Assembly (NCBI RefSeq): GCF_021869535.1
Contig: NW_026262734.1
Span: 59,272,001-59,336,000 of the forward strand
From: Mytilus californianus
Lineage: Eukaryota
DNA: 64,000 nucleotides
Reading direction: 5' to 3'
The notes beneath the pieces were generated by a model. That model was not told the origin of the DNA. It saw only the letters and a program-made list of their open reading frames with translations, and searched no databases. Both the position numbers and the translations under genes were made by a program. Shown piece by piece: positions 50,558-62,800 of this stretch; the first letter of the stretch is position 1; each line of letters begins with the position of its first letter.

Positions 50558-52637
50558 CCCGTATGAAAAACATAACACGTTCTCCAGCCGGACTGTAGCC
50601 TTTCTGAGAACCGTACTTATAATATTCATTTGGACTTTTCTTTGAATTGCTTATAATAGATACCCCGGCTGGACCAACAGCGAAATTTGCCGTAAACCGG
50701 CTCGAAATATTTAAATTAGCAGGAGTCTGGTTCATAAAGTCCAGCTGCTTGCTATAATCTGAAAATACAAAAAAAAACAGATGGCATTATGCATATATAC
50801 TTGTTTTTTTCTTTTTTTCTTTTTCTTCAGATGGTTGATTCTTCTGATTTAATTTGCATCATTCATCCCTTGCTATAATCTGAAAATACAAAAAAAAACA
50901 GATGGCATTATGCATATATACTTGTTTTTTTTTCCTTTTTTTCTTTTTTGTACTGTCTTACTGGTAAAACCAAGAAATGGGGAATTGAGAAGCTAAATGC
51001 TAACTTCTAAAAAATTGTGGTTATAATAGCCTAAACAATTTTAAAGTGGTTAAAATCAAATAAAGTTGGCTTTGAAAATCACTTTAAGTGTAGAAATCAA
51101 AAAACTTTCAAAAACAACAGAAATAATAACCATTCCTTTATACAGAGGGAATAAAAAATATAAAAATACATTTTTTTACATAACAATTCAAAACTGGAAG
51201 TGTCAGTGACATAACAGACAAGATGAAAATTATTGCATGAATATAAATATTTGATGTAGGTTTTTTATTCTTTTTACTCTTCAAAAATAAGAATAAAGCT
51301 ATTTATGATATTGTAATTATTTTATTAATATGTTGAATAAAAAGAGCATATCAGATAATATCACCAAAATGGTGGAATTCAATTTAATAGTTCTACTTAC
51401 CAGAATATGCAATCCAAAGCACATGCAAACAGCAACCTTCATAAATTGTACGTCACTGATGTCAGTCAGACGGATCCATCTTCTTGTAATGTGAAAAGAA
51501 CTACTTCCAAACATTTGCTTTACATCCAATTATGTAAAATTCTCATTTTGTTCAAGAAAGAAGACACATTTTCCTGTTTATTCCAAATTCAAATTTTGTT
51601 GTATAGCAATACATGAAGTTGTTTAAGGAGTTGTTTTAAATGTTCCTTTTATGACTAATTGCATGTGCCTTAATTTTTAATATGTGATATTTGTTTAATT
51701 GTGAAATTTTTAATTAAAGTGATAGTAATTGCAGAAATATGTATTTCGGAAAAGTGTTCTCCTACATATGGCCTCAATCTGTGGAGTACTTCCTGTGACC
51801 TGTGACCTGTCCAGACTTAGGTTAATTGAAAACAGATAGCACATTTCTACAAGACTAACTGCTATTAAATCACTGTTATATGGCTCAAGTTTCTAATTGA
51901 TGTATAAGAATGAATGATAATTATTAATTTTATGAATTCATCTAATTAAATATAAATATACCAGAAAATGTATACATTTAACCTGTAACAGATGTTGCTA
52001 GTGTTTTATTTTTTACGAAAAAAGTAGAAATGTTCAGTTATTGTTGTATTAAACATATTAACTTGAATATAATTTAATCAAAAGTCACCGAAATTAAATT
52101 TCAACTTTCCATCAACAGTATATGTTAAATATTCCATAATGGAATTGAAATCTAGGAAAAGTATCACACCTTATAGTTTGAAATAAAAGTATATTGCAAC
52201 AAATTATTTTATCATTATTATTACTTGCAAACTTTCCTTTTTAACTGTTTTACATTTTGAAAGAATTGTTCCTTTCAAAGAACAGAATCTACTGTGGCAA
52301 ACTTTTTATATCTGTAAGGGTAGAATTGGCTGATAAAAATTTTCTAAGTCTAAATTCCTGCTCATAAATGAATGTAAAATTTTCTAAAACAAAAATCCTG
52401 CTGATCATTCTACAGAAAGGAATGAATTTCCTCAAAAGTCCAGCCGTGTTTATTTTCTTGTCAGCATTACAAAAAGTGCCGTTGGACTTTTAAGAAAATA
52501 CCGGCTGTCAAATAACCCAAGTATAAGAAAAAGTGCGTGTACGGCTCATGTCAGACTGGACTTTTCAAAGTCAGACTGGAATACGTCTCAAGTCCAGCTG
52601 GAGTCCAGTTGAACTTCTGTTGACATTTTTATACGGG
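50558..52637. mobile_element. Non-autonomous CACTA/EnSpm-like element, 2.08 kb, nested in an intron
   Basis: TIRs CCCGTATGAAAAA and TTTTTATACGGG; AGTCCAGC/GCTGGACT subterminal repeats at both ends; internal ~75-bp duplication (50748 and 50869). Flanking dinucleotides TG and TA differ. Confidence 0.75.
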
Positions 52638-55600
52638 TAAAATAGAAATAAAATAATAGCTTCATATGGCAGTAAGTTTTGTTTATGCATGTAACATTGG
52701 CCAGAACATGTAAAAGCCTAATTTAATAGCTCTGTCAATGTTACATACACAATTTCTTAATGAAAAAAGTTTAATGGTAAACCTTGGGTTTAATTTATAC
52801 ATTATTTTTTTAAATAAGTATCAAAATATTAACTTTGAATATAAAAAATTGGATTAACTGTTGAATTCGACACAGTAAAATCTTCTCATGTAACACTAAA
52901 AAAGACCTGACACGGAAAATTGCTGCCCATGTTACTTATAAAGTTATCATATAAGAATCAGAGAAGAAATTGCGTGATGATAATATTTCAGATGTTAGTC
53001 ATTTATAAACTCAGATAAATTCAATATAAAGCTCATATCAGAAGTTTGGAAATCAATGCTTTTAAAACGTTATAATTCTGAGTTTTGCATGTAACATTGA
53101 CAGGAACACCAACAAATGATGAGAAAAAATTGCAAGTCAATCAAGGAAAAAAACAACATAAATAATTAAAACTCATTTATTTCTTTAACAATGTTTAATA
53201 TCATTTTTATGAAGCAAATTTAAATTTCAACAATATTTTATTGATTGAATAATTGTATGCACATTTATTAGGTTTTAGCATGTAACCTGGACGCAGAAGA
53301 TGTGTCAATGTTATATGCCTTTAAACGATAAGAATTACAAGTAAATACTGTAAGTCTAGAAATCAAGAAAGATCAACAAATTATCCATAAAGAATTCAGC
53401 ATGTATTGATATTTGATTTAATATTATGCACTTGCCAATTATGCATTAAGTGTAATAAAGTAATATTGTTTTTATTCTCGTGTCAATGTTACGTTTTTTT
53501 GTTTTCAAATTAAGTGGCCAGTTATCTTTATGATGCTGAGAAAGAATACAAATACTAGTTAATCAAATTGGCAATTAATATGTGGTATTTCATGTAAAAA
53601 ATTAGGTTGATAAGGCAAACCGTACAAAAAAAAGCTCTTGCTTGTATCATTGACACCTTTCTTTGGTAAATATTTTCGTGTCAATGTTATGTACAGAAAT
53701 CATTCGAGCAATAACATGAAAAATTGCAAAGCAAGTAACACATCATTATCAAAGAACCTAATGTACTCAGAAAGTGCATGTAACATTCATTGTGAGGTCA
53801 AATTAACCTGATCCCACTCTCTTATCATCTGTTTGATCACTGGTAGACGCCATGTGGGAAAGATGACAAAACCACCTTTTAATGTAATTGTCAGCGGGTT
53901 GAAATGTGGAAAAAATCATTATGGTAATGCTTACTATAAAAAATATACAACTGTTTTAAAAAGATGAGAATTTTTTGGCAGTGTTGACACGAAAATGAAA
54001 TAAATTTTTTTACCTGATATATTTTTCAAACTTCAGTTGATTGATGAAAATGATGAAATCCAAATTGAACCCATTGTTCACAACTTTGAAAACTTGCAAT
54101 GCTGGATCGATAACATGTTTCCAAAGCTTATTAGCTGATGAAAAGGTGCATGTAACATTTGTTGATGCGAAAAATTACATGCACTTGTCCATTTTTAAAT
54201 GAATTTAATTTGCAGTAATAATCGGATTATGTACAAAATGGGGTTTTTAATCGATAGACCGATCATTTTGCAGTTGATTTTCAACTATAACAGTAAAACA
54301 ATTCTTGAGGCATATTCTAAATATGACTTGGGGTTTTGTCACTGCAGAAATGTCACACTTTTTGCCTACAGTTTTCCACTGGCGGCACATAACAAGTGCT
54401 TTTTCTTGTTGATTGTTTTAATTAGATCCATTTTTTTTTCCATGTGGCAATAAAGATTAACACACTTTGATATTTAAACAGCGTTTATTCTCCATATTTG
54501 CATGTTTTCTTTATTTTTTTATTGGATAAACACTATTGACCCTAAAATTTCATTAGCGAATTCTTGTCCATATACCAGCTGCCTTGATAAGTGTTTAGTA
54601 TGACTTTAAATTTTTACTTCTGTTTTCCGTTTATACTGTGTCTTTCTATGTTGTGATGTTACACAATTGTTTCGGGTAAGGGTGAAGGTTGGTACATATT
54701 AAAACGTTTAATCCCGCTCCATTTGTTTGCACCTGTCCTAAGTCAGGAACCTGATGATCAGTAGTTGTCGTTTGTTGATGTGGTTCATAAGTGTTTCTCG
54801 TTTCTCATTTTTTATATAGGTTAGACCATTGGTTTTCCCGTTTGAATGGTTTTACACTAGTCATTTTTGGGGCCCTTTAAAACTTACTGTTCGGTGTGAG
54901 CCGACGCTTCGTGTTGAAGTTTAAGAAAAACAAACCAGACCAACACACAAAAACTTAACACTGAGCAATGAACTGTGAAAATGAGTTCAAAGTCAAATAA
55001 AACCTGCCAGACTATCCATGTGTCTGGTTTTCTTCAACAGAAGTGGCAGGCTCGACAAAAAAGGACTCTAACCTTGAATACTAATCCATAAAATGAGGTC
55101 GAGTTCAGGTGAATTGTTTCTGACAGACCAGGGCTTCCAAATTTTCTGATGACAGCCGGACGTTTCTCAAGGAAATATTTTCCAAGTCCGGAATATATGA
55201 CCGTTTTGGAAGCCATGGTGCAAAGTATTTCCTATTAAAAGAAATATGGTACAAAATATGCAAATTTGAAACTTTTTGTAGACAAATAGGAATTTTGCTA
55301 TCTTTCAATAATAAAATTTAATAATATTTTAAAGATCTGAGTTTAACTTACTATTTACAACAGTTACTGTGGAAAAGTAATTCTATAGTGGTGTAAACTG
55401 AACTGTATCTGTTTAACCCTGCTTAATTCTATATATATATGTACATGTACAAAAATAAGAAGATGTGGTATGATTGCCAATGAGACAACTCTCCACAAGA
55501 GACCAAATAACACAGAAATTAAAGGTTACTGAAGGCCTTCAACAATGAGTAAAACCATGTATATATATGTGTCTGTTCAAAGTCATGGTTGATGTTGGTT

Positions 55601-56229
55601 TATGTCTGTCAAATTTGTTTTTCTTTTATTGTTTTGTAATAAATCAGTCCTTTTATATAGCTGACTATACAGAAAATGTTTTGTTCTGCATTGTTGAAGG
55701 CTATACAATGACAACATGTGGAGTCTTTAAGTTAATTCTACTTCATTTGGCAATCATACCACATCTCCTCATCTTATATCTATCTAGGTGTTAAGTGGTC
55801 AAATTTACTCTAAAAAATTTCAGACCATTCAGAATTAGCTGAGCATTTCAAAGCTATTCTGCATATAAAATCCTGCAATCCAAGTACATGTATAAAGAGC
55901 GTAAGAGGAGACGAACAGACAGCCCATATTACAATAAATTATCTCCAAAAAGTTTCAAACTTTAAAAAAAATAGCTCTCCCATTTATAGCTTAAAACAAA
56001 AGTCTCTCAAGAGCCTGAATCGCTCGCCTGTAACATTTTGCTGAAAATCTTTCATAAATGATTATTTTTGCTTTTCAATATTTATTAATGAGTGGCTTAA
56101 AAATGCCATTTAATATTCTTTGTATCTGTCATATTTTCTTGAAAAGCAAAAAAATGCATTTTATGCCCATGTTCCATTATAGCCATGGTGGCTATGTTTC
56201 TTGACGTACAAGGAAATAAAATACAAAAG

Positions 56230-57130
56230 GACAAGGTACGATAAGGGGCGTTTTTGACCTCCTCTCCAAATAAGGTTATATTATTATCATTGACAGTCTT
56301 AGGATAGAAACTTAAAAAAACAATAATTTTATATTGTTCCGGTGAATGAATGGTTGCCTAGCAACAGTTTTTATTGGGTATCAAAATCATCACATATTTT
56401 TGCTTTACCTGTACAAATTCAAATATTTCAATATAATATTGTTTGTCCAAGAAGAACTTGGAGTCACAAATAAAAAGCCCCTTTGATTTCGTTAACTATA
56501 TGCTTAAAAACAACCTAGCAACAAAAACGTTGCCTAGCAACGGTTAAAAATTTGGTGTTTTACCTCTCTGAAGTATGCATATAGCAGTTGTTTGAAATTT
56601 TTTTTCCATATTGTGTATCGTTCCCATATACTATCATATACATCTTTATTCTTAACAAATTCCGTATTGATCTTAGCAACACAAATTGGAGACAATTACA
56701 AATTAATTAGTCATTTTATTGAACAAATTAAATCAAATGTAATGCATATTGTCTGTTGATGCACAACTTTTAGTTAGAAATGAAAAGTTAGTTCAATTGT
56801 AGTTCACTTCATGCTTATCAACAACCTAGCAACATAACAAGTGCATAGCAACCGTTCAATAATGGGTTCTGAATGTTATCTGAAGTTTGAATTTAGTCAT
56901 TTTGAAAGAATGTACTTTCCCATAATGTGTAACACTATAATACAAACATCTATGGTATTATTGAATTTATTTTGACGAATTCCATATCGAGCATAGATAC
57001 CGACATATTGCTAATTAACAGCAAACACTTTTTTTAATTTTAAAGACAACTACACAACCTATGTTTCAATGTGAATGTATTTTCACGAAAACAAGAATAT
57101 GAATGATTTACTAATAAGAGGTGGGTCTGA
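56230..57130. mobile_element. Probable MITE carrying repeated (GTTGC)CTAGCAAC motifs
   Basis: Five full or half copies of the motif at 56353, 56514, 56529, 56825 and 56846. Ends not resolved. Confidence 0.4.
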
Positions 57131-58011
57131 ACAGATTTTAGAGATATTTATCAGTTAACGAAACGAAAGAGACCTGGCTTGCACCACACATAGTCCTCGT
57201 CTGGAATAAAATGTCCAATCCAGTAAATAAAGAACAAATATGCTGTAGGGTGGAGCTGTGAACGTGTCTCCTGGGTAGAAAACCTATTATGAATTAGAAA
57301 TGACTTATCATGGCAATGGGTTGGGATATAAACCATTTTGGAGATAATTTACGATTCATTATATAAAATGAATTTGACCTCAAGGAATTATTCTTTCGGT
57401 GCAGTAAAAAGAATTGACATAGCGTGTAAGATCATATATGGTTTTAGGATTGAACATATAAAACTCAATAATTTTACCTTGAAAGTCAAAGGTCAAGAAC
57501 AAACCATCAATTAATTTGACCTTGAGATCAACAGCAAAGGTCATTGTGATATTAAACTGATATTTCATAGCTATACACTTTAAGTCAATGTTAAAAAAAT
57601 TAAACAAGTGTCGGCTCAAACAAGTGTGTATGAGAATAAGATCCAGAAAAAGAAGAAGAATACTTTAGTTAAACATAATGTATGCATTCAGTTCTTCTTG
57701 GAAGCCAAGGAAAAATGACAAATAAAAGTGAGAACTGAGTACTGAAAAAACTACTGTTTCTTTCACGATGAAATGAAATATGGAACACTTTTTTACATCG
57801 GATGACCGTGGGGCATTCCGGTGTACTGTTGCCACAGAAATTTCTACCCACGTTTTTGACTGATAACCGAACGCAAAATAACATTCCTTATCGCCTGTGA
57901 TATATCAATTTCATCAATTTCATCAATAAATATTCATTAAAATAATTTTTAAGAACATAGATAAATGGTATGAAAATGTTTTGTCGTGAGATAGAATCGC
58001 TTTCATAAGGG

Positions 58012-58240
58012 AGCTACCATTTGATTTTTAGGGGGGGGGGGGGCTAGAATGAAATAGTTTGTCCTGCCGTTTTTTCTAGTTGTAATCTCTGTCCTGCCTT
58101 TTTATTTTTCACTCTATTCGGTCCTGCCATTTTTTTTATTAGTTTATCCTTACTTTTTTACATAAATTGTCATCATCATGCCTTTTTTTGCCAAGTTGTT
58201 CATCCTGCCTTCCCCTGTCCTGCCCCCCCCCCCCCCCTAT
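58012..58240 (+). mobile_element. Fragment of a common mussel-type MITE
   Basis: TAAGGGAGCTACCATTTGATTTTTAGGGGG head, recalled as a frequent repeat end, followed by repeated TCCTGCC motifs. Confidence 0.55.
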
Positions 58241-58611
58241 TTTATAATTCATAATTCGAAAAACTAGTACAGAAATAACCTTCGTGTTTTGATTAATATT
58301 GACTACTTGAACGTTCTTTACATTCGTTTTTGTTAGATTTTGATAAACATTTTTTTATAATATCGCAAGTTTTTTTAAACATAAAATTATTTTTTACTAG
58401 CTTTAAAAGTTACAATATATGTGTTAGCCATGTAAGCTATTTTCTTTTTTCGGACTAAAAGCGACTAACCCGTTGCGGTTGTCAAATTTTTTCACTTAGT
58501 ATCATTGTGTAAAATTTCATTTTGGAACAAATGCATGATCAACTTTCAATAGTTGTGCAATGATAACAAAGTATACTTTCGTACGGTCTTTTTCGTACAT
58601 GTATAGAGTTT

Positions 58612-59830
58612 TGCCCCTTTATTTCAATTCTGGTGGCGTCACTTTAACCGTTCTAGAGTTATGCCCCTTTACAAATGGAAAAATTGCTGAATTTTTCTTT
58701 TTTCGTTCTCTAACTTAAGTTTGCCTCGACCAAATGTTATGAAACCCATACACAATACTTACTACTTCAAAATACAGATAATGTTTGAATTTTGGTGGTG
58801 TAACTTTAACCGTTATAAAATGCCCCTTTTCAAATGGAAAAAATGCTGAATTTTTCGTTTCCGTTCTCTAACTTAAGTTAGCCTTAACCAAATGTTATGA
58901 AACTTATGCACAATGCTAATTACCACTAAACACAGATCAAGTTAGAATTTTGGTGGCGTCACTTTAATTGTTCTAGAGTTATGCCCCTTAACAAATTGTA
59001 AAAAAGCTGAAATTTTTTTCGTTCTCTAACTTAAGTTTGCCTCAACTAAATGTTAGGAAACTTATACACAATACTTATTACTACAAAATACAGATCAAGT
59101 TTGGTTTTGGTGGTGTCACTTTAACCGTTATAGAGTTATGCCCCTTTACAAATGGAAACAGTGCTGAATTTTTCGATTCCGTTCTCTAACTTAAACTACC
59201 CTCAATCAAATGATATGAAACTTATACACAATGCTTATTACCACTAAACACAGATCAAGTTTGAATTTTGGTGGTGTCAATTTAATCGTTCTAAAGTTAT
59301 GCCTCTTTACAAAGGGAAAAATTGCTGAATTTTTCTTTTTTCATTCTCTAACTTAAGTTTGCCTCAACCAAATGTTAGGAAACCTATACACAATACTTAT
59401 TACTACAAAATACAGATCAAGTTTGAATTTTGGTGGTGTCACTTCAATCATTATAGAGTTATGCCCCTTTACAAATTGAAAAATTGCTGAACTTTTCGTT
59501 TCCGTTCTCTAACTTATTTGGCCTAATTCAAATTTTATGAAACTTATACACAATGCTTATTACTACTAAACTTTGGTGGTGTCACTCTTAATGTTCTAAA
59601 GTTATGCCCCTTTACAAATGGAAAAATTGCTGAATTTTCTTTTTTCGTTCTCTAACTTAAGTTTGCCTCAACCAAATGTTATGAAACTTAAACACAATAC
59701 TTATTACTACAAAACGCAGATCAATAACAAATTTGGGTAGCGTCACTTTTACCATTCTTCAGTTATGTTCCTTTATAACCATAAATGATATGCAAGCGGG
59801 GGCATCATCTATGCCCCATGGACACATTCC
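58612..59830 (+). repeat. ~160-bp satellite array (about 7.5 units) ending in a HINE-type 3' end
   Basis: The ATGCCCC anchor recurs at 58661, 58820, 58981, 59138, 59299, 59461, 59604 and 59765 (spacings 159, 161, 157, 161, 162, 143, 161). Ends GCGGGGGCATCATCTATGCCCCATGGACACATT. Confidence 0.9.
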
Positions 59831-62800
59831 CCATTTTTTCATTTATTTCTTTTTTAATGTTTTACTTTTTTTTCTATTCATACATTTTTTTTTTCATTTA
59901 TTACAGTTTTAATTTTTAATTTTTTAGATAGTTTTTTTTATTAATCTATTAATTAGAATTTGCATTATATTTTTTTTTGTTTTTCAAACAATTTTAACCA
60001 ATAATGAATTAAGTGTTTCATAGTAAGGATGTATGGTCTTAAGAATATCAGTTTACATGTGTTGTTTACATGATGGACTTCAATAAGTTCTGCACAGTTA
60101 AATGTTAAGGGGAACTGTGAGGTTTATATAAATTATTTTAAAGCTGGTTTCACTTATTCACCAATGTTTCTATTTCTTTTGAATCCTATTGAAAGGTTTT
60201 ATGGAATTTGGCACCTATAGTAGAACTTGTTTTAATTAGATGCAAGTATTTCCTGAATACTTTTTGAAGTTTTCTGCTTGAGAATGATAATTTGTAATGA
60301 ATGATATATTGTATCTATTTTCAACTTCGTTCTTTTTCTAGACTTAATGTCATAGAAATTGATCCAATATCCACCTATTCAGGTGAGAAACATATCTCTG
60401 GCCTAATTTCATAGACAAAATTTCATAGAAGTTGATTCAATGGCCATCCATTTAGGTGCAAATTACCATTTTAAATTGTGCTTTCAAGCAGTTCATATGT
60501 AAAAAAAAGCTATGGATGATAAACATTTTCAGCATGATGTTTAGGCCATTCTATTCTTATTTCAGATTGACATATAAGTCTCTGATTCAAATACCTGTGA
60601 AGTTCGAGAACTTTCTTAGTCAAAATATGGGAAGATGTGAAAGGTAAGTTTGAAAGTTTTTAAATGTGTACAAATATGTTATGTCTAACAAAATGTGTTG
60701 TTTCAAACTATCAAAACAACTCCTGATTGCTCAACATTAAACTTCTGAATTGTCCATGAATCATCTTCACGATTGTCCAACATTATTGCTCACCTGACTG
60801 GTTTGGTCAAATAAGCTATTTTCATCACTTTGCATCAGTCGTCCATTATTTTTATTATTATTCCCAACAAAAGGCTAAAAGCCAAATAAATGAAATTGTA
60901 TAATGAAACTTTGCATCGAAATGCAACCACAAAAAAAACCAATACTTTTCAAACACATAAGTATGCATATTAATCCCTACCAATGTCATATTTTAGACTA
61001 GTGCTTAGAACATTTTATTATCATCACAAAATATAGAACATTTATTGTACTCGTACTTGAATACATCACTTAAAACTGAAGATCTCTCTTTATACAATCT
61101 ACTAGATACATATATTAACAAAAGTCCTCTCATGCAGACGAACTCTTTATGTTTTATTATCATGAACTTCCAAGGCTATTTTTTGATAACTTGGACAAAC
61201 AATCGTTTGTTGCCTTTTTTAGTTTAATTTTTTGCATTCCAATGTAACTGGTCAGGGTATAAACATTTTGCATTTTTTTGTTCACCATGCGTATCAATGT
61301 TATTGAAATCAAAAGTTTCAAACGATAATATTAAAACAAATGAATATTGTAATTTTCAAAAGTCCCCCCCCCCTTTTTTCCCTCTTTTTCTATATTTCTT
61401 TCTGTCTTTGATGGTACCCTAAAACATAAAATAAAGTAGTTGTTACTTTAATAATAAAAATAAACATATATCAATGTCCTTTCAACAAGTATTTTAGCTA
61501 TACAAAGATAAATGATCTACAGCTGCATGTAAATATGTGTTGCTTTTCCAGTTTCATTTGTTGGTAAAATACCCTGTGGTGATTTTATATTGGTATTGAT
61601 ATATTTATTATATATACGCCTTCTATCCATTAAATGAATTTTTGCGTGTGGCTCGTTGTTTTAATTTTACACTCTTAGTTCATTTGTTTTTGTTTGTTTT
61701 TTATTTTGTTTTGTCTCTTTTAGTGATGCTTATGTCGTTTTTGTTTTTTGTTTTGTTTTTGTTTTTGTTTTTCGTTTTTTATTTTTTGGAAACGGATTGG
61801 AGCTGGAGGGGTGGTGGCTTAGTTTTGTGTTATTCCTTCAGTGGTAAACAAATATAAAGCTGTGATAGAGAAATACATCTTCTTGGACTGCGTCCGAAAA
61901 TAAAACTTGAATTGGGTTATAGTCAGTCTGCCTATTGATTGGATTGGATTGTTCGATTAAGGACCTAAATCAGAAAGAACGTTTTGTGAAATGGAAATTT
62001 CCTCTGTAAGTAAATAAACAGCACCGCCGTCCTAGTAAAAATGAACAAATAAACATAGGTTGTCATGAGTATATTCGAAATGAGACATTGCTTATCGAAG
62101 AAGACAACCTGACCGTTTTTGGTCGGGAGTTTGTTAGGTTGAATATTTGCACTAAAAATCTTTCATACTGTACTAAAAGAACAATTTTGGAAGATTTAGA
62201 AAACAATAGAGGGTTTCAACCTAAAATATGAATAGTTTAGATTAAACTGGTTCGTACTCTTACAAGCATAAACTTGGTTTTGCATTTTTTGACAAGCTTG
62301 TTGTGGATGCACTTTTAAATAACTTCACCCAAACCCAGAAAATACTAAAATTCTTTTTCGTAACACATTCATACTAGGTAAAATAGATGGAAAGACGGAT
62401 CATGTTGTGTTTTACCGTTGTTAGTGTTTAGATTCTATCGTCTTGATTCTGTAGATACTGCGTAATCAATGTTTTCATACATCATAGAATTGCAGGAATT
62501 GACGATTAAATGAAAATAAAATAATTCGGCTACAGTCTATTGCAATTATCTTTTATGGTGAATATAGATAAGATATAGTATGAGTGCCATACACGAATTA
62601 ATCAACACCACAAAAAGTGACGTATTTTTGTGATGTAGAAGTGTATATATTTTCAAAAGGAAATTTCTAAAAATAGAATAGATTTGTTTAATCGCAGACA
62701 CGTACAAACATACGAAATTGAGATTGACTCTGTAATGGTGTTATTTTATGTATTTTCTAACCATGATCAGGATATCAAAATGGAAGTGTGATTGCAATGG

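Larger units (their letters stand above)
49470..53853 (-). pseudogene. Two-exon gene remnant encoding an NLS-like basic patch and a 9-aa repeat protein
   Basis: Exon 1 53853-53808 (CCACATGGCG start; MASTSDQTDDKRVGS, phase 1) joins exon 2 from 50059 (TTTACAG acceptor): GNINLRKKKRISNKCDEENSQDEAAQKILDLQN*. One extra base at the stop would continue into LIFSQSDGDVPVSQSDGNVPV... Confidence 0.55.

Noticed and set aside
50547-50735. 62-aa ORF as an exon of the repeat gene
   Set aside because: It lies in the subterminal repeat zone of the nested CACTA-like element and crosses its TIR.
50265-54160. GCATGT motifs as p53 response elements or RSS/Transib ends
   Set aside because: The flanks do not fit RRRCWWGYYY, there is no CACAGTG heptamer, and the spacers vary.
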